Shown here: positions 18,811 through 27,292 of the stretch, piece by piece
Numbering within the stretch: the stretch's first letter is position 1
How the letters are laid out: each line of letters starts with the position of its first letter
NCBI GenBank assembly: GCA_963805575.1
Contig: CAWDUL010000005.1
Location: 683,473-747,472 of the forward strand
Origin: an uncultured Actinomycetes bacterium
GTDB lineage: Bacteria; Actinomycetota; Thermoleophilia; Gaiellales; Gaiellaceae
Reading direction: 5' to 3'
DNA length: 64,000 nucleotides
Program-made: the position numbers and the translations under genes
The notes under the pieces: model-generated
What the model saw: only the letters and a program-made list of their open reading frames with translations
Databases searched by the model: none
What the model was told of the DNA's origin: nothing

Positions 18811-19890
18811 GTGAATCAGCAGACATTTCTCCGCCGCGGCGCCCCGGTAGCAGCCGCGCTCGCGCTCGGCGCCGGGGTCGGCGCGGGCGTCTACGCCGGC
18901 GTCTGGAGCGGCAAAGGGGCGACCTCGACGGTGACCGTTCCGGTTACGTCCGGGCAGCCCGCAGCCGTCACGACGACCATCTCGAACCTCACGCAGCTCT
19001 ACAAGGACGTGACGCCCGGCGTCGTCGACATCACCGTCGACTCGAACACGCCCGCCGGCGGCTTCGGCCAGCAGGGAGGCACGTCGCAGGCCGAGGGATC
19101 GGGCTTCGTCTACGACACGAGCGGCCACATCGTGACGAACGAGCACGTCGTCGCCGGCGCCACGTCGATCAGCGTCCACTTCCAGGACGGCAAGACGGCG
19201 AAGGCAACGCTCGTCAAGTCCGACCCGTCGACCGACATCGCCGTGATCAAGGTCGACGTCGCAGCGAGTGAGCTTCATCCGCTGACGCTCGGCTCGTCCA
19301 AGAACGTGCTGCCCGGCCAGGAGGTCGTCGCGATCGGGAGCCCGTTCGGCCTTGCCGACAGCATGACCTCCGGCATCGTCAGCGCGATCGGCCGGACGAT
19401 CCAGGCCCCGAACAACTACTCGATCGCGGGCGCGATCCAGACCGACGCGCCGATCAACCACGGCAACTCGGGCGGCCCGCTGCTGACCACGGCCGGTGAC
19501 GTCATCGGCGTCAACGCGCAGATCGAGAGCGGCGGCGGCGGCAGCGACGGCGTCGGCTTCGCGATCCCGATCGATTCGGTGAAGAGCGTCGTCAACACGA
19601 TCATCGCCGGCGGCACCGTCCAGCACGCGTACATCGGCATCCGCGTCGGCGACGCTCCGAACGGAGCCGGTGCGCAGGTCAGCTCGGTAACGGCCGACAC
19701 ACCCGGCGCGCAGGCCGGCCTGAAGGCGGGCGACGTGATCACCGCGATCGACTCGACGCCGGTCACGAGTGCCGACGACCTGACGGCGGGGATCACCGCG
19801 CACGCGCCGAACGACAAGGTCACGCTCACCGTCGATCGCAACGGTAAGACGATGAAGATCGACGTCACGCTCGGGGTCCGCCCCTCCTAG
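18811..19890 (+). CDS. htrA: HtrA/DegP-family serine protease with PDZ domain
   Basis: The catalytic triad contexts are 'TNEHVV', 'DIAVIKV' and 'GNSGGPL'. The C-terminal PDZ-like segment is 'GAQAGLKAGDVITAID'. An N-terminal hydrophobic anchor is present. Confidence 0.9.
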   Translation: MNQQTFLRRGAPVAAALALGAGVGAGVYAGVWSGKGATSTVTVPVTSGQPAAVTTTISNLTQLYKDVTPGVVDITVDSNTPAGGFGQQGGTSQAEGSGFVYDTSGHIVTNEHVVAGATSISVHFQDGKTAKATLVKSDPSTDIAVIKVDVAASELHPLTLGSSKNVLPGQEVVAIGSPFGLADSMTSGIVSAIGRTIQAPNNYSIAGAIQTDAPINHGNSGGPLLTTAGDVIGVNAQIESGGGGSDGVGFAIPIDSVKSVVNTIIAGGTVQHAYIGIRVGDAPNGAGAQVSSVTADTPGAQAGLKAGDVITAIDSTPVTSADDLTAGITAHAPNDKVTLTVDRNGKTMKIDVTLGVRPS

Positions 19891-19967
19891 CGGGGCCCCG
19901 TTGAGGCGCCCCCGCCGGCCTCTCTCCCCTGACTCGCCGGCGGGGCGTCCACCTCCAAGCACCACCC

Positions 19968-20001
19968 GTAGAGACGGCCCACCCAGGTGGGCCGTCTCTA
20001 C
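19968..20001 (+). terminator. Perfect 15-bp inverted repeat downstream of htrA and just upstream of the MFS gene
   Basis: GTAGAGACGGCCCAC-ccag-GTGGGCCGTCTCTAC. It is preceded by a second 10-bp stem (CCCCGCCGGC 19910-19919 / GCCGGCGGGG 19936-19945). There is no U-tract. Confidence 0.5.
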
Positions 20002-20010
20002 GATCGAGTG

Positions 20011-21414
20011 ATGGCGACGGCGGCGGCAACAGTAACGCTCTCCCCGCGCGCGAAGCGGGTCGCGCTGATCGCGACGATCCTCGGCTCGTCGATCGCCTTC
20101 ATCGACATGACGATCGTGAACGTCGCGCTGCCGACGATCCAGAGCGACCTGGGGGGCGGGCTTGCGGCCCAGCAGTGGATCGTCGACGCGTACCTGTTGA
20201 CGCTGGGCTCGCTCATCCTCGTCGGCGGTTCGCTCGGCGACATCTTCGGCGAGGTGCGGATGTTCACGCTCGGCGTCGCCTTGTTCGGGGTGGCGTCTGC
20301 GCTGTGCGCAGCGGCGCCGACCTCGACGGCGCTGATCGTGTTCCGCGCGATCCAGGGCGTTGCGGGCGCGCTGCTCACACCCGCCTCACTCGCGGTGATC
20401 ACGTCGACGTTCTCGGGCCCCGAACGTGGCGCCGCAATCGGCACGTGGACAGCGTGGAGCGGGATCTCGACAGTGGTCGGTCCGCTGCTCGGCGGCTGGC
20501 TGATCGGGTTCACGAGCTGGCGCGTGATCTTCTTGCTGAACGTGCCGATCGCGCTCGCGACGGTCGTGCTCGCGCGTACGCAGCTGCCACACACGATGGA
20601 CAAGCGGAAGCCCGTACGGGTCGACTTCGTGGGTGCTGCGATGTGCGTCGCAGGTCTCGGTTTGTTCGTGTTCGGCTTCATCGAGCAGCCGCGGCTCGGC
20701 TGGAGCGATCCGGCGGTGTGGTTGACGATCGTCGGCGGGGCCGCTCTGCTCGTGGCGTTCGTGTTCTACGAGTCACGCACGTCGATGCCGATGCTGCCGC
20801 TACGCCTCTTCCGGAGCCGCAACTTCTCGGCCGCGAACATCGAGACGTTCGCCGTCTACGGCGGGCTCTCCGCGTGGGGTTTCTTCCTGACGCTCTTCCT
20901 CCAGCAGATCGCCGGCTACTCACCGTTCATGGCGGGCCTCGCAACCGTGCCGCTCACGATCGGGCTGTTCGTGCTCTCGCGCTACGTCGGCCGGCTCTCG
21001 ATGCGGTTCGGCCCGCGTCTCTTCATGACGGCGGGGCCGTTACTTGCCTCGGTCTCCGTCCTGGCGCTCGTGCGGCTCCCGCCGGATTTCAACTACTGGG
21101 TCGACCTGTTCCCACCGCTCGTCGGCTTCGCGGTCGCCCTCGGGTTGACGGTCGCCCCGCTGACGACAACCGTGCTCAACGACGCAGGCCCGGGCGATGC
21201 GGGGATCGCATCGGGAGTCAACAACGCCGTCGCACGCATCGCCGGGCTCATCGCGATCGCCGTGATCGGCGTCGCGGCCGCAGGAGGCTCCGACCATCTC
21301 TCGCTGCAGGGGTTCCACCGGGCGATGCTGATCGTCGCCGTGCTGCTCGGCGCAGGCGGGGTGATCGGCGCCGTGGGGATCCGCAACCCGCCGCGGCGGA
21401 AACAATCGGGTTAA
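20011..21414 (+). CDS. DHA2-family (EmrB/QacA-type, 14-TMS) MFS transporter
   Basis: Evidence is 'FIDMTIVNVALPTIQSDLGG', 'WIVDAYLLT' and many TM segments. I prefer the ATG at 20011 to the track GTG at 19987, which lies inside the hairpin. Confidence 0.85.
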   Translation: MATAAATVTLSPRAKRVALIATILGSSIAFIDMTIVNVALPTIQSDLGGGLAAQQWIVDAYLLTLGSLILVGGSLGDIFGEVRMFTLGVALFGVASALCAAAPTSTALIVFRAIQGVAGALLTPASLAVITSTFSGPERGAAIGTWTAWSGISTVVGPLLGGWLIGFTSWRVIFLLNVPIALATVVLARTQLPHTMDKRKPVRVDFVGAAMCVAGLGLFVFGFIEQPRLGWSDPAVWLTIVGGAALLVAFVFYESRTSMPMLPLRLFRSRNFSAANIETFAVYGGLSAWGFFLTLFLQQIAGYSPFMAGLATVPLTIGLFVLSRYVGRLSMRFGPRLFMTAGPLLASVSVLALVRLPPDFNYWVDLFPPLVGFAVALGLTVAPLTTTVLNDAGPGDAGIASGVNNAVARIAGLIAIAVIGVAAAGGSDHLSLQGFHRAMLIVAVLLGAGGVIGAVGIRNPPRRKQSG

Positions 21415-22007
21415 CGGCCGTTCGTCGAGAAGTGCTGGTAGTCGGGCGAGGGCGACCAGCGCCCTCCCCACGACCAACCGGCGCGGGCGAATGCCCGCAC
21501 GAGCACGCCGCCCTCGACCGCCATCCCACGGCGGACCTTCGCGCGGTCGGCATACGCCTTCGCGTTCGCCGGCAACACGGCACCGCTCTCGATGTACGGG
21601 TTCTCGACCGTGTTGACGTCGATCGCCTCGCCGTACGCATGCATCGACCAGTGCTTCGGGCCCGGCGCGACGGCGGCACGGCAGTTGAATCCCGACGTGT
21701 TGTCGGCGGCGGTCGAGCGCGGGTCGCTGCCGTGGAAGACGTCGATCGGCAGGATCGACCGGATCGGAAAGCGCGCCCCGTACAGCTGCTCGAACACCGC
21801 GGCCACCTGGCTCGTCACCGCCGCATTCACGACGATCGTCCCGACGTGCGACGTGCCGTCGAAGCCGATGTAGCGCAGGCGGATCCGGCGAAGCTGCGAC
21901 GGCCCCACCGGGCAGCCCGGACGCCATGACCAGCGCAGGTCGGCCCTCGTGACGTGCTCCACGTTTGCCGTGAAGGGCGGCACGCTCGTGGCCGGGACCG
22001 CAACCAT
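21411..22007 (-). CDS. M15 family metallopeptidase (VanY / D-Ala-D-Ala carboxypeptidase-like)
   Basis: The zinc motifs are 'SMHAYGEAIDV' and 'DYQHFS'. I trimmed the start to the ATG at 22007, because the upstream 135 codons overlap the divergent gene. Confidence 0.75.
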   Translation of the reverse strand: MVAVPATSVPPFTANVEHVTRADLRWSWRPGCPVGPSQLRRIRLRYIGFDGTSHVGTIVVNAAVTSQVAAVFEQLYGARFPIRSILPIDVFHGSDPRSTAADNTSGFNCRAAVAPGPKHWSMHAYGEAIDVNTVENPYIESGAVLPANAKAYADRAKVRRGMAVEGGVLVRAFARAGWSWGGRWSPSPDYQHFSTNGR

Positions 22008-22013
22008 AGGGCG

Positions 22014-22673
22014 GTGAGGGTACTGGCGATCGCCGCGACCTGGGCCGCCGCGCTGACGGCGCCGTGCCCGGGCGCCGTGAACCGGCTGCCAGGCACGCAG
22101 TCGGCGACGCAGCTCGTCACGGTGGCCGCGAGCGCCTACGGCGTGACGACGGCCTCCCTCGAGCTGTGGCAGCGGCGCGACGGTTGCTGGCGGCACGTTG
22201 CAGGCCCCTGGCGCGCCTGGCTCGGGCGGAGCGGGCTCTCGACGCACAAGCGTGAGGGCGACGGCGCGACACCGGCCGGGACGTATCGCCTCGGCGATGC
22301 CGACTTCGGCATCGAGGCGAACCCCGGCGTGCATGGCACATATCACCGGCTGGTGTGCGGCGACTGGTGGAACGAGGACACTCGCTCCGCGGCGTACAAC
22401 ACCTTCGCGCATGTCGCCTGCGGCTCGCAGCCGGCCTTCGGCGCCGGGAGCGAGGCTCTGTGGCGCATCTCGCCGCAGTACCGCTACTTCACGGTGATCG
22501 AGTACAACGCCGCGCCGGCTGTCCCCGGTCGTGGCTCAGCGATCTTCCTGCACGTCAGCGCCGGACGGCCGACTGCAGGCTGCGTGAGCCTCCCCGAGAG
22601 GCAGCTCGTACGGGTCTTGCGCTGGCTGCAGCCGTCGGCGCACCCGCTCGTCCACCTCGGCCTGACGGGCTAG
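22014..22673 (+). CDS. L,D-transpeptidase family (YkuD-fold) protein
   Basis: From the GTG at 22014 it has the signal-like 'VRVLAIAATWAAALTAP'. The catalytic region 'GSAIFLHVSAGRPTAGCVSL' matches the His...Cys YkuD motif. Confidence 0.7.
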   Translation: MRVLAIAATWAAALTAPCPGAVNRLPGTQSATQLVTVAASAYGVTTASLELWQRRDGCWRHVAGPWRAWLGRSGLSTHKREGDGATPAGTYRLGDADFGIEANPGVHGTYHRLVCGDWWNEDTRSAAYNTFAHVACGSQPAFGAGSEALWRISPQYRYFTVIEYNAAPAVPGRGSAIFLHVSAGRPTAGCVSLPERQLVRVLRWLQPSAHPLVHLGLTG

Positions 22674-22681
22674 AGGTTTGC

Positions 22682-23098
22682 CTAACGGGGGCGTTGCTCG
22701 GGGAAGCGCTCGAGCCCGTCGTCCGTGATCGGCTCCCACGCCGCCGCGTAGGAAACGTACGCCCGGCTCGTGGGCCTGATGCCGGGGTCGTCGTCGAACG
22801 TCCCGAGCCGCACGCTCATCACCTCGCCGCTCTCCCGGTCCGTGCTCCACAGCGCGCCGCCGCAGCTCGAGCAGAAGCACTTGGGATTGCCGTCGTGAGG
22901 CTCGTACGCACGAACGAGCTCCTCACCCTGGACGATACGGAGTGAGCCTGGTTCGATTCGCGCCTGCGCGGACGACCCCGTCCCCGTCCGGCGCTGGCAG
23001 CGCGTGCAATGGCAATACCCGGCGGAGACGAGCGGTTCGGAGATCTCGTAGCGGACTCCGCCGCACAGACATCCACCTGTCAAGGGAAAGTCGGGCAC
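22682..23098 (-). CDS. GFA family (CENP-V/glutathione-dependent formaldehyde-activating-like) zinc protein
   Basis: 'GGCLCGGVRYEI....GYCHCTRCQRRTG' is the characteristic Cys cluster. The protein is 138 aa. Confidence 0.85.
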   Translation of the reverse strand: MPDFPLTGGCLCGGVRYEISEPLVSAGYCHCTRCQRRTGTGSSAQARIEPGSLRIVQGEELVRAYEPHDGNPKCFCSSCGGALWSTDRESGEVMSVRLGTFDDDPGIRPTSRAYVSYAAAWEPITDDGLERFPEQRPR

Positions 23099-23118
23099 GG
23101 CACGAGGATAATGGCGTC

Positions 23119-23577
23119 ATGCGCACCACCGCAAAAGCCGACTACGCCGTGCGGGCGGCGATCGAGCTCGCTTCCGCCGGAGCCGGCGACCCGGTGAAGG
23201 CCGAGCACATCGCGGAGGCACAGTCGATCCCGCTCAACTTCCTCGAGAACATCCTGGCGGAGCTACGACGTGCCGGGATCGTCGAGAGCCGCCGCGGAGC
23301 AGCCGGCGGCTATCTCCTCGGCCGTCCGGCCGAGGAGATCTCGCTCGCCGACGTGATCCGCGCGGTCGAGGGCCCGCTCGCGAACGTGCGCGGCATGTCG
23401 CCCGACCTGCTCGAGTACGAGGGATCCGCCGAGCGGCTCCGGGACGTGTGGGTGGCGCTGCGCGCGAGCGTGCGCGCCGTGCTCGAGCAGGTCACGCTGG
23501 CCGACGTCGCGAAAGGCGAACTTCCGCCGCATGTCACCGAGCTCACCCAGGCGACCGACGCCTGGCTCCGTCGCTAG
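23119..23577 (+). CDS. Rrf2 family transcriptional regulator with no Cys ligands (CymR-like)
   Basis: Evidence is 'MRTTAKADYAVRAAIELA' and 'SIPLNFLENILAELRRAGIVESRRGAAGGYLL'. The start is the ATG at 23119 and the protein contains no cysteines. Confidence 0.85.
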   Translation: MRTTAKADYAVRAAIELASAGAGDPVKAEHIAEAQSIPLNFLENILAELRRAGIVESRRGAAGGYLLGRPAEEISLADVIRAVEGPLANVRGMSPDLLEYEGSAERLRDVWVALRASVRAVLEQVTLADVAKGELPPHVTELTQATDAWLRR

Positions 23578-23583
23578 CTCAGA

Positions 23584-24537
23584 TCACTGGAAGACGCGCT
23601 CGCGCCGCGTGCGAACGTACACGATGTCGCCTATCTCGAGCTCGAGCTGGTCGGCCTCGTCGCGCGTGAGCTGCACGTGCAACCGCTCGCCGTCGTCGCG
23701 CACGAGATCGACCCGTGTCTCGAAGCCGAGGCGGACGACGCGCTCGATTTGCGCTTCGCGCGTCGAGCCGTTCGGCTCGTGTCGGAGCTCGATGTCGTGC
23801 GGGCGCACCCAGGCGTCGCCGAGCTTGTTGACCGGGCCGACGAAGCTCATCACGAACTCGTTTGACGGCTGGTCGTAGAGCTCGCGGGGCGGTGCGATCT
23901 GCTCGACGCGGCCCTTGTTCATGACGACGATGCTGTCGGCGAGCTCGAGCGCCTCTTCCTGGTCGTGCGTGACGAAGATCGTCGTGACGTGCATCTCGTG
24001 GTGCAGGCGCAGCAACCACTCGCGCAACTCCACGCGGACGCGGGCGTCGAGAGCGCCGAACGGCTCGTCGAGGAGCAGTACCTCCGGCTGCGGCGCGAGC
24101 GCACGGGCAAGTGCCATGCGCTGGCGCTGTCCGCCGGAGAGCTGCGACGGGTAGCGCTTGCCGAGCCCTCCGAGCTGCACGAGCTCGATCAACTCGTCGA
24201 CACGTTTTGCGATCTCCGCCTTCGGACGCTTGCGGATCGAGAGGCCGAACGCCACGTTGTCCCAGACCGTCATGTGCTTGAACGGGGCGTAGTGCTGGAA
24301 GACGAAGCCGACTCCGCGCTTCTGCGGCGCCAGCGCCGTGGCCTCCTTGCCGGAGATATAGACGTCGCCGGCGTCGGCGATCTCGAGCCCTGCGATCACA
24401 CGCAGCAACGTCGACTTGCCGCTGCCGCTCGGCCCGAGCAACGCGGTCAGGGATCCGCTCTCCACCTCGATCGAGACGTCGTCGAGCGCGACGAAGTCCC
24501 CGAACCTCTTCGTGACGTTACGCGCCTCGATTGCCAT
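23584..24537 (-). CDS. cysA: Sulfate/thiosulfate ABC transporter ATP-binding protein
   Basis: It has Walker A 'GPSGSGKST', the signature 'LSGGQRQR', Walker B 'LLLDEP' and a C-terminal TOBE-like extension. It sits in the cysT-cysW-cysA gene order. Confidence 0.9.
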   Translation of the reverse strand: MAIEARNVTKRFGDFVALDDVSIEVESGSLTALLGPSGSGKSTLLRVIAGLEIADAGDVYISGKEATALAPQKRGVGFVFQHYAPFKHMTVWDNVAFGLSIRKRPKAEIAKRVDELIELVQLGGLGKRYPSQLSGGQRQRMALARALAPQPEVLLLDEPFGALDARVRVELREWLLRLHHEMHVTTIFVTHDQEEALELADSIVVMNKGRVEQIAPPRELYDQPSNEFVMSFVGPVNKLGDAWVRPHDIELRHEPNGSTREAQIERVVRLGFETRVDLVRDDGERLHVQLTRDEADQLELEIGDIVYVRTRRERVFQ

Positions 24538-25327
24538 GGACTTCCTCTCTCGGTCTGAACTTGGTCATCAAGACCAACGTCACGATGGCGAGCGCCGCGA
24601 GGAGCACGGAGGCCGCGTACGCTCCGGTCTGGTCAAAGTTCTCATAGGACGCCTGGACGTACTGCGTCAAGGTCTGCGTCCGGCCGGCGATTCCGCCCGA
24701 GACGATCGCGACCGCACCGAACTCGCCGAGGCACCGCGCCGTCGTCAGCACGACGCCGTATGCGAGCGACCAGCGAATCGCGGGCAATGTGATGCGCCGG
24801 AACGTCGTGAAGGCGCGCGCCCCGAGCGTGGCCGCGGCCTCTTCCTGCTCGGTGCCGATCTCCCGCAGCACGGGAACGACCTCGCGCACCACGAACGGCA
24901 GCGAGACGAACATCGTCGCGAGCAGGATGCCCGGGTACGCGAAGAGCACGCGTACGCCGTGATCCTGGAGCCACGGCCCGAACCACCCCTGCCTCCCGTA
25001 GAGGAGGTAGAGCGCCATGCCGACGACGACCGGCGACAGGGCCATCGGCAGGTCGACGAGCGCGTTGACGAGACCCATGCCGGGGAAGCGGTGCCGCACG
25101 ATCGCAATTCCACAGAGCACGCCGAAGGCGGTATTGAGCGGCACTGCGACGATCGTGACCTCGAGCGTCAGCTTCAGGGCGTGCACGGCGTCCGGATTCG
25201 AGATCGCCTCCCAGAACGGCTGCAAGCCATGCTCGAATGCGCGCCAGAAGATGAGCGCGACCGGCGCGACGAGGATCACCAGTAGATACGCAAGCGATCC
25301 GAAGCGGATCATGCGTCTAGCGGTCAT
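24518..25327 (-). CDS. cysW: Sulfate ABC transporter permease
   Basis: It is a 6-TM permease with the EAA-loop '[17 protein letters not shown]'. It overlaps cysA and cysT. Confidence 0.85.
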   Translation of the reverse strand: MTARRMIRFGSLAYLLVILVAPVALIFWRAFEHGLQPFWEAISNPDAVHALKLTLEVTIVAVPLNTAFGVLCGIAIVRHRFPGMGLVNALVDLPMALSPVVVGMALYLLYGRQGWFGPWLQDHGVRVLFAYPGILLATMFVSLPFVVREVVPVLREIGTEQEEAAATLGARAFTTFRRITLPAIRWSLAYGVVLTTARCLGEFGAVAIVSGGIAGRTQTLTQYVQASYENFDQTGAYAASVLLAALAIVTLVLMTKFRPREEVHGNRGA

Positions 25328-26120
25328 AGCGCACCGCCCAGCGACGCACGGCGCCGATCGCGAGAAGCACCGCGAGGGAGATCAAGAGCAGCAGCACCGC
25401 GAGCGCCGCGGCGCCCTGCTCGTCGCCGCTGTTCAGGCGCTGGAACACGTAGAGCGACGCGACTTCGGTCTTGAACGGGAGGTTGCCCGAGATGAGGATC
25501 ACCGCACCGAACTCGCCGATCGCGCGCGCAAAGGCAAGCGCGACGCCGGAGAGCAGCGCCGGCAGCAGCGCCGGGAAGACGATGCGCCTGAAGACCGTGA
25601 GCCGGTTCGCGCCGAGCGTGGCCGCCGCCTCCTCCATCTCACGGTCGAGCTCGATGAGCACCGGCTGCACCGTGCGGACGACGAACGGCAACGTGACGAA
25701 GAGCAGTGCCAGCAGCACGCCCCAGCGGGTGAATGCGACGTTGACGCCGACGCCGCCGGTCGGGCCGTAGAGCGCGAGCAGCGTCAGCCCCGCGACGATC
25801 GTCGGCAGGGCGAACGGCAGATCGATCAGCGCGTTGACGAATCCCTTCCCGCGGAAGTCGTCGCGGACGAGCGTCCAGGCAAGCGCTGTTCCCGTGACCG
25901 CATTGATCGCCACGACGGCGCCGGACAAGGCGAGCGTCAGCTCGAGCGCGGCCTTCGACTCAGGGTTCCACGCGACCTCCCAGAAGTGGTGCCAACCGCC
26001 TTCGGCGCCCTTGACGGTGAGCGCGGCGAGCGGGATGAGCACGACGATGCTGAGATACCCCAGCGCCAATCCACTACTGAGCACCGGCGTGCCGAGAGCG
26101 CGTCGCCGCGCTCTCGGCAC
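25317..26120 (-). CDS. cysT: Sulfate ABC transporter permease
   Basis: It is a permease with '[21 protein letters not shown]'. It lies directly downstream of the binding-protein gene. Confidence 0.85.
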   Translation of the reverse strand: MPRARRRALGTPVLSSGLALGYLSIVVLIPLAALTVKGAEGGWHHFWEVAWNPESKAALELTLALSGAVVAINAVTGTALAWTLVRDDFRGKGFVNALIDLPFALPTIVAGLTLLALYGPTGGVGVNVAFTRWGVLLALLFVTLPFVVRTVQPVLIELDREMEEAAATLGANRLTVFRRIVFPALLPALLSGVALAFARAIGEFGAVILISGNLPFKTEVASLYVFQRLNSGDEQGAAALAVLLLLISLAVLLAIGAVRRWAVRYDR

Positions 26121-26130
26121 CCGGGCGACG

Positions 26131-27150
26131 TCAACCGCCAGTTGTGACTCCGAGACTCTGCTCGATCTTCGCGACGATCCCGTTCGTCGGATCGAAGAAC
26201 TGGGTGTTCACCTTGTCCCAGCCACCGACGTAGCCGATCTTGAACAGCTGGGGCCGCGGCGGGAACTGCTTCGTGTACTGCTTCGCGACGCTCTGAACCA
26301 CCGGGCGGAACCCGTTGTCGGCCCAGATCTTCTGCGCGGCGGGCGTGTACAGCCACGAGACGAACTTCTGCGCCTCGGCCTTGTTCGAGCCGTTGACGGC
26401 GGCGAGCGGCGTCTCGATCTGCAGCGTCGCCTTGGGGATCAGGTAGTAGACCGGCTTCCCCTGCGCCTGGGCGAGCTTCGCATCGCTCTCGTAGTCGAGC
26501 AGCACGTCGCCCTTGCCGGCGAGGAACGTGTTGAGCGCGTTGCGGGCACTCGTATCCTGCGACACCGTGTGCTGGAAGAGTCCCTTCAGGTAGGACTGCG
26601 CCTGCTTCGGTGTCTTCTTCTCCCGAAGCTGCGAACCGTACGCAGCCATGATGTCCCACCTCGCGCCGGTCGAGCTGAATGGATTCGGCACGACGACTTG
26701 CACACCCGGCTTCACGAGGTCATCCCACGTGCGGATGTGCTTCGGGTTGCCGTTGCGAAGCACGAACACGACCACCGACTTCGAAACGATGCCGTGGTAT
26801 GGATTGCTGTCCCAGGTCTTGTCGACGAGACCGGCCTGGACGAGCCGGTCGACATCGGGAGACGCCGAGAGGTTGACGACGTCGGCGGGAAGCCCGGCGG
26901 CGACCGCCTTGCTCTGCACCTCCGATGCTGCGAAGGACGAGGTGAACTTGATCCCGTTGCCGGCCGGCGTCGCCGAGTAGGCGGCGGTGAGCTTCGGGAA
27001 GACCGCAGTCGGAATCGAGTAACCGACGATGGAGAGCGTGGTGTCGCTCGAGCGGCCCGTCGACGCCGTGGCGACCGACGCGGCGGCGAGAGCAGAGAGA
27101 GCTGCAAGAAGGGCGAGCGAACGGCGCAAGGGAGGTCCAACCTTTCTCAA
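26131..27150 (-). CDS. cysP: Sulfate/thiosulfate-binding periplasmic protein
   Basis: It resembles Sbp/CysP throughout, for example 'GNPKHIRTWDDL' and 'GDVLLDYESDA'. The start is uncertain. I prefer the TTG at 27150 (LRKVGPPLRRSLALLAALSALAAA signal peptide) because the track ATG at 27270 lies beyond an upstream terminator hairpin. Confidence 0.8.
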   Translation of the reverse strand: MRKVGPPLRRSLALLAALSALAAASVATASTGRSSDTTLSIVGYSIPTAVFPKLTAAYSATPAGNGIKFTSSFAASEVQSKAVAAGLPADVVNLSASPDVDRLVQAGLVDKTWDSNPYHGIVSKSVVVFVLRNGNPKHIRTWDDLVKPGVQVVVPNPFSSTGARWDIMAAYGSQLREKKTPKQAQSYLKGLFQHTVSQDTSARNALNTFLAGKGDVLLDYESDAKLAQAQGKPVYYLIPKATLQIETPLAAVNGSNKAEAQKFVSWLYTPAAQKIWADNGFRPVVQSVAKQYTKQFPPRPQLFKIGYVGGWDKVNTQFFDPTNGIVAKIEQSLGVTTGG

Positions 27151-27170
27151 TCGAGTTACTTGAGTTTGGA

Positions 27171-27200
27171 AGGCTAATGCCAGACATAAGGAACTGTCAA
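27171..27200 (-). promoter_or_regulatory. Putative promoter of the sulfate transport operon
   Basis: On the minus strand: TTGACA (27200-27195), an 18-nt spacer, then TAGCCT (27176-27171). It sits in a locally AT-rich stretch between the helicase terminator and the binding-protein start. Confidence 0.35.
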
Positions 27201-27237
27201 ACTTTAACCGCACAGCGGCCACATCCCAGGCACGAAT

Positions 27238-27259
27238 GAGGCCCCGTCTCCGGGGCCTC
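27238..27259 (-). terminator. Stem-loop terminator downstream of the DEAD-box helicase gene
   Basis: GAGGCCCCG-(4 nt)-CGGGGCCTC is a perfect 9-bp GC-rich stem 34 nt after the helicase stop. The U-tract is weak. Confidence 0.55.
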
Positions 27260-27292
27260 GGGTGGTGCATATGACTGGTGGGCTCTCGCGCT

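Noticed and set aside
22940-22965. A tRNA-like GGTTCGATTC T-arm motif.
   Set aside because: It lies inside the well-supported GFA-family gene, and no acceptor stem or anticodon arm can be built around it.
27151-27270. The ATG at 27270 as the start of the sulfate-binding protein.
   Set aside because: It would place a terminator-like hairpin (27238-27259) and an AT-rich promoter-like stretch inside the coding region. The added 40 residues precede the obvious signal peptide.
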